A DNA stretch of 64,000 nucleotides from the IMG/VR virus record IMGVR_UViG_3300043812_000026, one strand, 5' to 3'. The stretch is from a virus. Its lineage: Duplodnaviria; Caudoviricetes. Made by a program: the position numbers and the translations under genes. Position 1 is the first letter of the stretch. Every line of letters begins with the position of its first letter. The notes under the pieces are model-generated. The model saw only the letters and a program-made list of their open reading frames with translations, searched no databases and was not told the origin of the DNA. Below, one piece after another: positions 10,487 through 21,044 of the stretch.

Positions 10487-11195
10487 TCAATAGTTTTTAA
10501 TTAAAATTTCATCACTTTTACCAGACTTAGTATGATAGGTTGAATTAGAATAGTCCATATTAAAATGAATAACTTTGAGATCGGGGTTAGCTTTAATAAA
10601 CTCCGCTAAAACTTTATTCTCTTTTCCACGATGTGATAATACATTAGACATCGCAGTCTTAACCCCTGCTTGTGTTAAATCATTAAAGTAATTTACTAAC
10701 TTAACATCATCTTCCTCAGTCCAATTAAGACCCCGCTTACCATCATTAACAGTCTTAATACTCTTAAATTTTCCATAATTTTTTGTCTTATAACCTGTCA
10801 TGCTAGTATAAGGTTTATACCCTATTTCTTTTTGTGGATTATAGAGAGGAAGCTTAGGATAGAAAATCGAAATTGTTTCAACTCTCTTCAAAGGCATCCG
10901 ATTAGCATTTAAAAATCCTGTTGCGTTATTCTTAGTCCAATACCAATCATAACGATACCATTTAGGATTAGATAATCTTAACTTAGACGAAAAAGGTTCG
11001 TCACCAAGCAAAGCAACTACCCCACCAACTTTTAATAACCGTTTATACTGTTCCCAAAGCTGATCCATTGGGATAATATGATCCCACTGATTTTTAGTCG
11101 TCCCAAAAGGTAAGGTCAGATAAAACCATATCTACACTGTGATCCGATAAAGTCGGTAAAATTTTTAAACAATCATTATTATACAACTTAATCAA
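10487..11195 (-). pseudogene. Chimeric, truncated DNA methyltransferase
   Basis: N-terminus DCLKIL..SVDMVLSDLPFGTT (needs removal of one base near 11114) is beta-class-like; C-terminus WTEEDD..MSNV..EILIKNY is Dam-like; no SAM-binding motif visible. Confidence 0.65.
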
Positions 11196-11425
11196 CTAAA
11201 ATAACCACCTAATCTAAGATTTATTCCTAGTTTAAGTGGTTTTTCTGATTAATTAAAAATTTTATAGAGGAGTAGCTAAATCTCCTAATTCTAATTTTAA
11301 TCCTTTATATACTGCTTATATAGCAAAAGATAGCTATTGCAGTAGCTACCTCAAAACAAAAAACACCATACATAAGTTTGACCGACTTGTAATTATAATA
11401 ACATAATTATTTAATAAGTCAATAA

Positions 11426-11848
11426 TTAAGCTTCATTAGCTTTATAGTTTAAATCATTTTGTCCCTTAAACTGGTCTGAAACCATCTTATCAATATCCTT
11501 AGATGATAAATTAATTAAATCGTCTTGATCTACCCGTTTCTTATTCTCGTCCTGTGGATCTTTATAAACAGGGATAGAGTCATTAAAAATATCACTCATA
11601 CCAGCAGGAGCTTGTGGGGCACCTGTTTGAGTATCATCGCCAGCAGAGGTCTGCTGTAATAAAGTATAAACAGAAGCTAAGTCCTTTAAGTCTTTAACGT
11701 CAAGTTCAGAAGTTCCACTCATTGCCTGATCTAAAAGCTTCTTAGAAACTAATTCAATTGTTTGTTTAATATTATCTGTTGCTTGTTCCTTATCAGCAGT
11801 TTCTCCCGCTGAAATCATTTGACGAATTGAATCTGTTAAACCAGACAA
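11426..11848 (-). CDS. Possible terminase small subunit
   Basis: 140-aa helical protein after a 91-aa gene, similar to the gene pair preceding terL in Twort-like phages; synteny inference only. Confidence 0.45.
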   Translation of the reverse strand: MSGLTDSIRQMISAGETADKEQATDNIKQTIELVSKKLLDQAMSGTSELDVKDLKDLASVYTLLQQTSAGDDTQTGAPQAPAGMSDIFNDSIPVYKDPQDENKKRVDQDDLINLSSKDIDKMVSDQFKGQNDLNYKANEA

Positions 11849-11849
11849 G

Positions 11850-12125
11850 TTATTTCACTTCCTTTCTTAAATGAGAATAACAACTGTGTGGGCTATAGCA
11901 AACAGAACCAGAAAGAAAAGTTCCATTTACATAATAATGAATATGCTTAACCGAGGTAACAAACTCCCCCGTCTTAAATACATAGGACGTAAGAGGACGA
12001 CCACAAACAGCACAATAACGAGTTTCTGTATTATGTGATTTACGTTTAAACACTCTCTTACGATCCATATGCTTAAATAACTTCTTACGTTTAATAAGAA
12101 CATCATCATAAGTCATTCTTATCAC
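11850..12125 (-). CDS. Basic Cys/His hypothetical late protein
   Basis: ORF with CAVC motif; late-type TATATTA motif upstream. Confidence 0.65.
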   Translation of the reverse strand: MIRMTYDDVLIKRKKLFKHMDRKRVFKRKSHNTETRYCAVCGRPLTSYVFKTGEFVTSVKHIHYYVNGTFLSGSVCYSPHSCYSHLRKEVK

Positions 12126-12325
12126 CTGTTATGTAATATAGGGAATTAAGCCTATATGAAGAAAATAATACAAAAGAGTATAAGAAAAGCCCTAGTAGCA
12201 ATTTCATTTCTGCAACTACCACTAAGGCTAATTTTATTTCTTAAATTGTGCGTCTAGTATTTTACTTCTTTAAGTTCATGCTATCGCATCCAAACTTGGA
12301 AGCAATAGTAGAAAAAGGACGCTAT

Positions 12326-12841
12326 CTATTTTCCTATTGGATTTACTACGATTTTAAAGTTGGTAATCTTTACAGTAGCAGTTGAATTAATCTGATCATA
12401 GGCAGCGCAATATGGAATTAACTTAATTGCTTTCTCTGAAAGATATTGAGTAGTGAATAAGTGGGTACTTCCAGCTTCACTTTGTGGATAATACCAAGGA
12501 CCATTCCAATGGTTACCATTATCGATGTCTGTTGTTTGAAGTTCAAAGCCGATTCGGTTTCCAATATTTTCACCTTTAACATATCCAGACCATTCAATGT
12601 CACAACTAAACGTTACCGTCTTTCCACAAAGGTGTTGATTCCAAATGTCGACTGTTAGCCCTTGAAGATTCTTAGTATTCTCTCCTTTTGTGGTATCAAG
12701 GGATTGGCCTTCATCAAAGAAATTGTGGATCTGTAATCTGGATAAAGCAGTCTTCATATCAGCAAGACTATACTTATCAGTTGTGCCATATAAGCTACGG
12801 AAACCATCTGCTAATTCAGTCATTTTTTCATTCAAACTCAT
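12326..12841 (-). CDS. Fibre-associated beta-rich protein
   Basis: Coupled to the collagen gene; aromatic beta-sandwich-like C-terminus. Confidence 0.6.
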   Translation of the reverse strand: MSLNEKMTELADGFRSLYGTTDKYSLADMKTALSRLQIHNFFDEGQSLDTTKGENTKNLQGLTVDIWNQHLCGKTVTFSCDIEWSGYVKGENIGNRIGFELQTTDIDNGNHWNGPWYYPQSEAGSTHLFTTQYLSEKAIKLIPYCAAYDQINSTATVKITNFKIVVNPIGK

Positions 12842-12845
12842 CTAC

Positions 12846-15056
12846 TCACCACTTTCCATTTAAAATTGCGTCATCTACATAGGACTTAATTTCATTTTTA
12901 TCTGCGTCAGTCCAATAATCAGTACCACGAACAGGGGTATGACCTTGCATATTACCAATAACAGCACCGATGTCAAAGGTACCACCACCAGCAGAAGCAT
13001 CTCCATTAGCATTAACAGCAGTTACTTGGGTAATCATACCATTAGTTTGAATAACTAAGTCGCCAACCTGTGGGCCAAAACCAACTTTAGTATTGTAAAG
13101 ATCAGACCACCACTTGCCTTGCAGGTTACCCCCATAAGCCTTCTTATTAAACCAAACACTACTGCCCCTCAGTTGTTGTCTAATCTGTGACATCGGTAAT
13201 GCCCAGAAAGCATGATCATCATCTAGCCCTAGTACCTTTGGATCTGGAGCATCATTAAGTACAGTTATTATAGCACTATTTTGTACAAATGTATCTGTAT
13301 GAGGAATCCAAGTTAACCCAGAAACATCAGAAGCTATGTTGATCCTTAATCCGCCACGAGCGTAGAAAGCATAGTTCAAATTATTATCGCTAGGAATGGC
13401 AAAGGTTAATAAGCGCTTACCATCTGTTGTAAAATTTGATGGTTGATCGTCAAGCACAATCAGCTTACGATCATAAGCACCCCAATTACCTTGACCGTAT
13501 AAAACAGCTTGTCGGGCACAAGCATCTTTACTAGTATCACTAGAATGACCACCATAAGGAACATCTATTCCAATATACAAAGGAGCTTCTAAGCTAAAAT
13601 AACTAAGCCCCCACAAAGAACCTTTACTAGTAGTATTAGCATCTACATAGTACCACTTATTACGATCATACTTAGCATCTGTTAAGTCTACAGTATAATG
13701 GTAAAACCCGGGATCACCTTTTGGTCCTTGAGATCCAGTATCTCCTTTTACACCTTGTGGACCTTGTGGTCCGGTTTCACCCTTATCCCCCTTGGGGCCT
13801 TGACTACCAGTAGCCCCGGTATCTCCTTTATCCCCTTTTGGTCCTTGTGGTCCAGTTAAACCTTGCTTACCTTGAATACCTTGAATACCTTGTGGTCCTT
13901 GTGGTCCTTGAATACCTTGCGCACCAGATAGGTCAGAGATATAAACAAACTTACTACCATCCCAAACATAGAGCTTTGAATTATCTGGATCACTAACATT
14001 ACTTGCAATCATTGTAAAGTCACCGTCAGTAAATCCAGCGCCTTTACTTGCATTCATTGCAGATACAGAGTCAAAAGTTTTTTTAATATTAAAGTTCTTA
14101 CCAGCAGGACCTATAGGACCTTGTGGACCAGTGGCCCCAGTATTACCCTGAATACCTTGAGGACCTTGTAAACCAGTAGCACCACGATCACCTTTTGGAC
14201 CAGCTACACCAGCTAAGTTAGCTAAGTAAGGGCCATAATTAAATGTACCCCCACCGGCTTCGGGAACTCCACCATAGCTAACACCAGTTACTTGCACTAA
14301 GTGACCACTGCTCAAAACAACTAAATCACTAACCTGTGGTCCTCGATCTGGAGCAGAACCTTTTAGATCAGTCCAATATGAGCCACGATAGTTTTCTCCA
14401 TAATCGTGAATATCAAACCAGATGTTATAACCACGATCACCCTTAGGACCAGTAGGACCAACTAGAGTCTTTTCATAGTCCTTAAAGCTACCGGTAAAAC
14501 CAGCATCTCGTGCTAATTCATATAAGGACTTACCAGTCTCACCCTTAGGAATATCAAAATGTAAAACATCATACTGATCTAGGTAAACATTAGCGTTTTT
14601 ATTAGAATCAATTGTCGATACTTTAATATCTTTAATATCAATATCATGAACGTGCAAAACTTGGCGTTCAACAATCTTACTCGTATCGGGAGGAGTAATA
14701 TTAGTAGCTTCGGGAGTAAAGATACTCTTAAAGACTAATCTGTTGTTATTATAAGCCAAAGTAATATACTTCGCTGTATTGCTAGGATAATACTCCATAT
14801 GGTCTGAATAACGCATACTAAGATAAAAAGCATATGTTCCTAGTCCTAATGAAGATAACTGGCTTAGTTTAAAGTAAACACCATCGTCATTAGCATTTAC
14901 TGGAATAGTTAAACGACTATTACCACTAAGATCATAAAAGTGCATATTTAATTCCACGTTAAAGAACTGTAAGCTCTTTTGCGAATTAGTAGGAACTAAA
15001 TAAATTGTTGTATCATTATCACTAGGAATGCTTGAAATAAAACTTAATTTATTCAT
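12846..15056 (-). CDS. Collagen-like fibre protein
   Basis: GXY repeats; duplicated YxGxxWxDL..GPQVxDLV..AGGGTF module; [11 protein letters not shown]-terminus. Confidence 0.85.
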   Translation of the reverse strand: MNKLSFISSIPSDNDTTIYLVPTNSQKSLQFFNVELNMHFYDLSGNSRLTIPVNANDDGVYFKLSQLSSLGLGTYAFYLSMRYSDHMEYYPSNTAKYITLAYNNNRLVFKSIFTPEATNITPPDTSKIVERQVLHVHDIDIKDIKVSTIDSNKNANVYLDQYDVLHFDIPKGETGKSLYELARDAGFTGSFKDYEKTLVGPTGPKGDRGYNIWFDIHDYGENYRGSYWTDLKGSAPDRGPQVSDLVVLSSGHLVQVTGVSYGGVPEAGGGTFNYGPYLANLAGVAGPKGDRGATGLQGPQGIQGNTGATGPQGPIGPAGKNFNIKKTFDSVSAMNASKGAGFTDGDFTMIASNVSDPDNSKLYVWDGSKFVYISDLSGAQGIQGPQGPQGIQGIQGKQGLTGPQGPKGDKGDTGATGSQGPKGDKGETGPQGPQGVKGDTGSQGPKGDPGFYHYTVDLTDAKYDRNKWYYVDANTTSKGSLWGLSYFSLEAPLYIGIDVPYGGHSSDTSKDACARQAVLYGQGNWGAYDRKLIVLDDQPSNFTTDGKRLLTFAIPSDNNLNYAFYARGGLRINIASDVSGLTWIPHTDTFVQNSAIITVLNDAPDPKVLGLDDDHAFWALPMSQIRQQLRGSSVWFNKKAYGGNLQGKWWSDLYNTKVGFGPQVGDLVIQTNGMITQVTAVNANGDASAGGGTFDIGAVIGNMQGHTPVRGTDYWTDADKNEIKSYVDDAILNGKW

Positions 15057-15211
15057 TAGACCCTTGCATTCCCCTTTCTTATCACATGGTTTCGCTAATT
15101 GTAATATAGGGGATTAAACATAAGCAAAATAAAAAACCTTTCCTGCATTATAACAAGAAAGGATGTAAACAAAATTATAAGTATAGTAACAATTAACTAA
15201 AATATCAATAA

Positions 15212-17110
15212 CTATTTTTTAGGAATACCTAAAATAAATCCATAATATCTTAGCGAAGAAATATTAACTACTCCGTCTGCCCCTACATTTAACTTTTGGG
15301 GTCCTAAATTACTTAGATCAAAATAGTACCAGTCATGATTAGTTACGCCTAACTTAAGCGTTACTTTAATATTTTGTGCTGGAGAAATACTACAATTAGC
15401 GTTTGTATCCCGCCAATCAGTATTATCAGTCTTAAGATTAATTAAACTTAAACCTAAATAATCATTCTTATTTCCTCGGCTAATTCCACAAACTTTACCA
15501 CTTTGTAAATAATCTACACTACCACCATCAATAGTAGCCAAACCGTCAACTTGATAGCCTAGGCCAATAATTTCTTTAAAAGCAACAAAAAAGTCATACA
15601 TCTTAGGTAAATAATTATCTTTAAGCGTTGAGGGGAGATTAAGATTACTATTAGGGAAATACTCATTACAGAGCATATGCTCACCCATTTCCAAATGAGT
15701 ACCACCACTAGCCATAATCACTAAGTCAGCTAGAATTATTCCGTCCGTATTAAAATACTTACCAGCATTATTTTTAGCGTAGTTATAGTCCATATAAGCG
15801 GCTATAATTACACCTTTCTTTTGCTTGTTACTATCCCGTGATTCAGTAAGAAATTTAACCAGATTAAACAAGTCATTATAAGTCTTACGATTATCCCATA
15901 CTTCGGTATAAAGATATTTAGGAACTGTTGAATTTCTAATATCATCAAGTCCGTATTCACCAACAGAATTAACACCAGTATCCCAACCTAATTTACCAAC
16001 TTTATTTAGGAAATAATGGATACCATTAGCAAGAGTAGCGCTACTAATTAGATTACCATTGGCCTCATACTTATTACCGGGGTCACCAAACATATCAATA
16101 TGCCAACCATCAAAAGGCATATTATCCTTAACTATCTTCATTTGATTAACAATATAGTCTTGCCAAGGACCATTCATCCAATTCATATTATAAAGATTAT
16201 ACTTACCCCAGCCATTATTCTTATCTAGTGTCTTATAAACATGATCTAAATTCCTAGAATTATCGTCAAACAAAAACATTTCCGCAGAAAGACCGTGTAC
16301 TAATTGGTTAGTATCTGAACCATTCATTGCCATATAGGCTAAAGGCTTCATACCATAGTCTTTAGCTAAATTACAATATTCATCAATAACTTTCTTTCTA
16401 GTCAAACGATTACCAATATCAGTCCAAGTATTTGAAACTTGTAAGCTATCACCAACAGAAGCAACAGGTAGTGGTAATGAATGTAAGTCAAACCAGTCAT
16501 AAAACTGTATTAGATTAATATGCAGACGCTTTAAATAGTCTAAATTATTTTTCCTTTCTACTGAAGAGTCATTATCATACTTAGAAAGAAACCCCATAAT
16601 AGGAAAATTATAAATATCATTACTTACATTAATTGCAATTGTCTCTGTTGATACATTATTACCAACGTGATTTTCAATTACTACAGTATAACCAATATTA
16701 TCATCAGCAGGCAAAAACCAAGACCAACTAAGCTCAGAAGTTCCATAATAAATTTCTTTAGTGGCAACTAAATTATTCAAATGATAATACTTAACTACTA
16801 AATGACCATGACCAGAAACACTAGTAGCATGAAATACTACTTTTTCAGACGGATAATAAACAGCCTTATCTGTATTAAGATCTAACAAAGTAGCTGAGTC
16901 GTCTTGGTCCCTCATACCTACTGAATACTGAGTAGTAATACTACCTATCTTCCAATGACCATTGTCGTCAATCTGTGGGGTAAACCCATCATTACCTTTA
17001 GGTCCAGTGTCACCCCTATCCCCCTTAGGGCCTTGAGGTCCAGTAGCACCAGTCTTTCCTACAGTTCCTTGAGGTAAAGCTCCCAAGTCTATATCAGTCT
17101 GTAAACTCAC
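15212..17110 (-). CDS. Collagen-anchored glycoside hydrolase family 66 (dextranase-like)
   Basis: Short GXY N-terminus, then INLIQFYDW, FDGWHIDMFG, YTEVW, IIAAYM, ASGGTHLEMGE and EYFP, typical of GH66. Confidence 0.85.
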   Translation of the reverse strand: MSLQTDIDLGALPQGTVGKTGATGPQGPKGDRGDTGPKGNDGFTPQIDDNGHWKIGSITTQYSVGMRDQDDSATLLDLNTDKAVYYPSEKVVFHATSVSGHGHLVVKYYHLNNLVATKEIYYGTSELSWSWFLPADDNIGYTVVIENHVGNNVSTETIAINVSNDIYNFPIMGFLSKYDNDSSVERKNNLDYLKRLHINLIQFYDWFDLHSLPLPVASVGDSLQVSNTWTDIGNRLTRKKVIDEYCNLAKDYGMKPLAYMAMNGSDTNQLVHGLSAEMFLFDDNSRNLDHVYKTLDKNNGWGKYNLYNMNWMNGPWQDYIVNQMKIVKDNMPFDGWHIDMFGDPGNKYEANGNLISSATLANGIHYFLNKVGKLGWDTGVNSVGEYGLDDIRNSTVPKYLYTEVWDNRKTYNDLFNLVKFLTESRDSNKQKKGVIIAAYMDYNYAKNNAGKYFNTDGIILADLVIMASGGTHLEMGEHMLCNEYFPNSNLNLPSTLKDNYLPKMYDFFVAFKEIIGLGYQVDGLATIDGGSVDYLQSGKVCGISRGNKNDYLGLSLINLKTDNTDWRDTNANCSISPAQNIKVTLKLGVTNHDWYYFDLSNLGPQKLNVGADGVVNISSLRYYGFILGIPKK

Positions 17111-17127
17111 CTATAAACATCTCCCCA

Positions 17128-18411
17128 CTAATTTTGATAGTCTGTAACTAATTTCATATGTAAATGACCATCACTAGAAACGTAAGGAACATACACAGGC
17201 CCAGCAGAACCTCTATCTCCTTTAGGACCTTGACTACCTACGTCTCCTTTATCTCCCTTGGGTCCTTGTATTCCTTGCGGCCCTCTATCTCCTGTATTAC
17301 CTTTAGCACCAGTATCACCAGTATCACCTTTAGGACCAGCAGGTCCCATTGGTCCAGTAGGTCCTTCAATTCCCTGCGGGCCACGTTCACCTTGAGGACC
17401 TTGAATACCGGGTTGGCCTTTCATAGCAATAACAAAATCAAGCTCAGAACCTTTATTACCATTGTCTAACCAAGATTGATAAGCTGATTTACCTGCTGAA
17501 CCTTGTTCACCTTTATCTCCTTTAGGTCCTTGTGGACCAACTGGACCTTGACTACCCGTAGCACCGGTTTTACCAGCGGGTCCTTGAGGTCCTGTATCTC
17601 CTTTAGGTCCCTGAACACCTTTAAAACTTTCTACAAACTGAGCCTCTGTTCCTTTATTCCCCACATTTAGCCAAGATTGATAAACTGAATATCCATTATC
17701 ACCCTTATCTCCTTTGGGTCCTTGATCTCCCTTAGGGCCTTGCAAACCACGTGGACCCATAGGACCAGTACTACCAGTATCACCCTTAGGACCAGCAGGT
17801 CCTTGGGGACCTATCTTACCTTGAGGACCCATTGGACCAGCAGGACCTTGACTACCTTTATCTCCTTTAGCTCCTTTTAAAAAGTTGATGAAGTCATTTT
17901 CAGAACCGCTGTGACCATCCTCTAACCATATCTGGTAAGCTGACTTACCTGTATCACCTTTAGGACCAGTTGGACCTTGTAAACCAGTTTTACCCATTGG
18001 TCCTTGAATACCTTGTGGTCCTTGACTACCTGGATCACCTTTATCCCCCTTTGGTCCAATTGGACCTTGTGGACCAGCCGGACCAGTTTCACCACGAGGA
18101 CCTTGTATACCATGGAAAGTTTTTACGAAATCTGCTTCGGTACCTTTGTTACCAGCATTTAACCAAGATTGATAAGCAGAATATCCGGCATCACCCTTAT
18201 CCCCTTTATCTCCTTTAGGACCAATAGGACCTTGTGGACCTGTATTACCCGTGTCTCCTTTAGGTCCTTGTGGGCCAACATTACCTGTAGCTCCTGTATC
18301 ACCTTTATCTCCTTTAGGGCCAACTGGTCCTTGTGGACCACGTTCACCTTGAGGACCCATTGGACCTACAGGTCCTTGAGCTTTAACTTTTAAATTAATA
18401 TCCTTTTCCAT
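17128..18411 (-). CDS. Collagen-like fibre protein
   Basis: Long GXY runs interrupted by four SAYQxWLxxGNxGxExxF modules. Confidence 0.9.
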   Translation of the reverse strand: MEKDINLKVKAQGPVGPMGPQGERGPQGPVGPKGDKGDTGATGNVGPQGPKGDTGNTGPQGPIGPKGDKGDKGDAGYSAYQSWLNAGNKGTEADFVKTFHGIQGPRGETGPAGPQGPIGPKGDKGDPGSQGPQGIQGPMGKTGLQGPTGPKGDTGKSAYQIWLEDGHSGSENDFINFLKGAKGDKGSQGPAGPMGPQGKIGPQGPAGPKGDTGSTGPMGPRGLQGPKGDQGPKGDKGDNGYSVYQSWLNVGNKGTEAQFVESFKGVQGPKGDTGPQGPAGKTGATGSQGPVGPQGPKGDKGEQGSAGKSAYQSWLDNGNKGSELDFVIAMKGQPGIQGPQGERGPQGIEGPTGPMGPAGPKGDTGDTGAKGNTGDRGPQGIQGPKGDKGDVGSQGPKGDRGSAGPVYVPYVSSDGHLHMKLVTDYQN

Positions 18412-19049
18412 TAACTCAACTCACCTTGATCCATTTCTTTAACGTGCCAATTACCATCTGAACCAATGTAAGGAATATAACTAATCCCATTTCTACCATT
18501 AATACCATCTAAACCTCTAGCACCTATAGGCCCTTGTTCACCTTTATCTCCTTTAGGGCCAACCGGACCTGTCTTACCTTTAGGAATACCTATAATCAAA
18601 GTATTATTAATAATTCTTGAATAGGCTTGCTTGTCTTCGTCCAAAGTAATCACTTGTACAGAATTAAATAGCATCTTATTATTACCATTATCTAAATTCT
18701 TAAAGTAATCAGCCGGAATATCTTTTAAGATAGACAATTTTGCGTCTGTAGTCAAAATCAAATAAAGCACTTCTTGTCCCGGAAAATAATTACGTTCTGT
18801 ACGTGTTCTAATCTCTAAATAAAGCCCGTAAACTTTACCTGCGGATAAACCAACCAAATTAATAGGATCAAAGTAGATTCCGTTACTATCATAATTACCT
18901 GTAATAGTAGTGACTTTATTTCCCTCTAAATCAGTAAGATGAAACGTTAAAAAGGCATTTTCATAGCTTACTATACCCGTAGAGTCTACTGGTAAAAAAT
19001 ACACCTTAGAACGATCACTAATAGAATCCAAAATATTTAAGTAGTTCAA
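18411..19049 (-). CDS. Fibre anchor protein with short collagen segment
   Basis: N-terminal domain paralogous to 12846..15056; PYIGSDGNW motif. Confidence 0.75.
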   Translation of the reverse strand: MNYLNILDSISDRSKVYFLPVDSTGIVSYENAFLTFHLTDLEGNKVTTITGNYDSNGIYFDPINLVGLSAGKVYGLYLEIRTRTERNYFPGQEVLYLILTTDAKLSILKDIPADYFKNLDNGNNKMLFNSVQVITLDEDKQAYSRIINNTLIIGIPKGKTGPVGPKGDKGEQGPIGARGLDGINGRNGISYIPYIGSDGNWHVKEMDQGELS

Positions 19050-19109
19050 TTACACTCATCTCTTTTAATTATAATATAAAAAGCCTAGTCAATAGGCTAG
19101 ACTTCTTTT

Positions 19110-20387
19110 TTAGTAACTCAATACCTGTCCGGGGTAAATTAGGTTAGCATTTCTTAAACCATTAGTAGCTACTAAATGATTTACAGAAGTACCTAAATGA
19201 TAAGCAATTGTTGAAAGGTTATCGCCATAACGAACAGTATATGACTTACGTTGTTGTACTTGGGCGTTTCCACTAATCTTTAATACTTGACCGGGGTAAA
19301 TAGTATTGTAAATACTCTTACCATTAATTTGTGCAAGAGTATACATACTCATACCATGATCATTAGCAATCTTCCACCAGCTATCCCCGTAACGAACAGT
19401 GTAGGTTGAAGTTTGTTGAGTATTAGTACTTGGTACTGGTTTTTGCACCTTATTAGAAACAGAATTACCTGCGCCTTTATCAGCTACCCGAAGAACTTGT
19501 CCGGGGTAGATAACAGAATTAATAGTACTTCCATTAAGCTTAGCTAAGGCGTACATATCCATTCCGTGATCATTAGCAATCTTCCACCAGCTATCACCGG
19601 ACTTAACCACATAATTATGGGTATCTTGATGAAGTTGCTTACCTTGTTCCGTTGCTGGAGTTTCTGTCTTAGGCTTCTGAGCATTACCATTAGTATAACC
19701 ATTATCAGTAATACCAGTGAGATCAATATTCCGATCAAGCCCTCCAGCAATTGCTGTTGAAGTATATTGGAACATACCAATATTCTCAAAGCTAGGGAAG
19801 AAGTTATAATTAGGTTCTCTAGTTACGGCGTAGTTTGGATACTCGGCCAACCAGAGTTGGTACTTACTTGCTAAATAATGCAAATCAGTATTGTTTACAA
19901 GGTAATTCTTATAACCATAAACCATTGGAGTATAACCTGCATCTTTAATTCGTTGACAAGCATGGTCAATAGCTTGAGTACTCTGGTAACCTGATTCTAC
20001 GTCTAAAGCAATAATTGAACCTTTAGGTGTTTGTACCTTAGGCAAAAAGTAATTTAATACTTGATCCGCCTGTTGAGTAGTCGTAACATTTTGCCACCAG
20101 ATATAATTATGCGCCCGCTTGCCTTGAGCAATAGCACTTCTTACCTGTGATCCATAAGTCCACTGGTCATAAAGATTCCAACCAGTCGTAGTACCACCCA
20201 TTTGAATAACAGCGAACTTATCATCTGGATAACCAAAGATACCATTAGATCCTTGATACTTGGACCAATCGACACCATGATCCCCCTTGGCCGCCATTAC
20301 AGTTCCAGAGGAAAGAGACATCGTTGCTCCAAGAGTTGCTAAGGCTACTGTTGCAACAGCTAATTTCTTAAAATAATGTTTTCCCAT
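19110..20387 (-). CDS. Endolysin: signal peptide, GH25 muramidase and 3 LysM domains
   Basis: GVDWSKYQG, ALDVE, LWLAEY; three LysM repeats; Sec-type leader starting MGKHYFKK (ATG at 20387). Confidence 0.93.
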   Translation of the reverse strand: MGKHYFKKLAVATVALATLGATMSLSSGTVMAAKGDHGVDWSKYQGSNGIFGYPDDKFAVIQMGGTTTGWNLYDQWTYGSQVRSAIAQGKRAHNYIWWQNVTTTQQADQVLNYFLPKVQTPKGSIIALDVESGYQSTQAIDHACQRIKDAGYTPMVYGYKNYLVNNTDLHYLASKYQLWLAEYPNYAVTREPNYNFFPSFENIGMFQYTSTAIAGGLDRNIDLTGITDNGYTNGNAQKPKTETPATEQGKQLHQDTHNYVVKSGDSWWKIANDHGMDMYALAKLNGSTINSVIYPGQVLRVADKGAGNSVSNKVQKPVPSTNTQQTSTYTVRYGDSWWKIANDHGMSMYTLAQINGKSIYNTIYPGQVLKISGNAQVQQRKSYTVRYGDNLSTIAYHLGTSVNHLVATNGLRNANLIYPGQVLSY

Positions 20388-20519
20388 TGCTAGAGTTAGC
20401 ACTAGGAGAAACTAGGTTACGGCTAGACTATCCTAGTCTAACATTCCAACCTCCTTATATTGAATTAAATACAAGAAATAAGATTGTACAATCTTGTATC
20501 AATATTAATATAAGGAAAT

Positions 20520-20649
20520 AAAAGAAAAACACCCTGCGCTGGAGATACCACAGGATGTTTAACAGAAAATAAGAAAAAGAAGTATAATAATGACTAAACA
20601 CCATTATACAAGGCTAAGAAGAATAAAATGAGAAAGACTTCTTAGCCAA
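20520..20649 (-). ncRNA. Hairpin array antisense to translation initiation regions, ending in a terminator
   Basis: Stems at 20612-20647, 20582-20609 and about 20527-20560; loops contain UUCUCAUUUUAU, UUUAGUCAU and AUCUCC. Confidence 0.65.
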
Positions 20650-20830
20650 TAGCAATTGCAGGAGTCGAACCTACCTAGATAGAAAACAAATAAAATAAAG
20701 GAATTGAAAGGACTTAAGCCGTTTTATGAATATAACTTAGTCTTCTATGTATTACAGCAAAATTATTTTGAAATCCAATTTTAATTGGAAGGAGGTGTTT
20801 ATTAAATTCTACCTATACCATTAAATTGCT
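20650..20830 (-). ncRNA. tRNA-like shell with about 130-nt insert replacing the anticodon loop
   Basis: Acceptor AGCAAUU/AAUUGCU+A; T-arm GUAGG-UUCGACU-CCUGC; stemless D-loop with GG; stem UAGGUAGAA/UUCUAUCUA; insert contains CACCUCCUU. Confidence 0.7.
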
Positions 20831-20834
20831 ACAA

Positions 20835-20908
20835 TGTCCCGAGAGAGACTTGAACTCCCATCAACCGGATTAGAAGTCCGGTGCCTTATCCAATTAGGCT
20901 ATCGAGAC
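20835..20908 (-). tRNA. tRNA-Arg(UCU)
   Basis: Full cloverleaf, acceptor GTCTCGA/TCGGGAC, anticodon loop CT-TCT-AA, TTCAAGT T-loop; CCA not encoded. Confidence 0.93.
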
Positions 20909-21044
20909 AAGTGTGCTAATTGCACACAGCTAAACTTACACGTCCGAACAAAAATTACAAACCAAAAGAAGCTACCATTCAACAAATGTCTAACTCTAAG
21001 AAGGCAGGACCTAGCTATCATCACCCAAAGGTAGCTAAGTCCAA

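Noticed and set aside
17164-18393. Overlapping and antisense ORFs in collagen genes, and similar shadow ORFs (2009, 6052, 6376, 19544, 20834, 20899, 22992, 24942, 38761, 52604, 63279)
   Set aside because: These are frame shadows of real genes or tRNAs, lacking RBS and protein-like composition.
20402-20444. Amber stop-codon recoding of the lysin
   Set aside because: TAG terminates other genes (e.g. portal, 17128), late ORFs are intact in code 11, and no suppressor tRNA is seen.
20650-20830. tmRNA or intron-containing tRNA
   Set aside because: No G3.U70 alanine identity, tag ORF or group I core, and the unit is too short.
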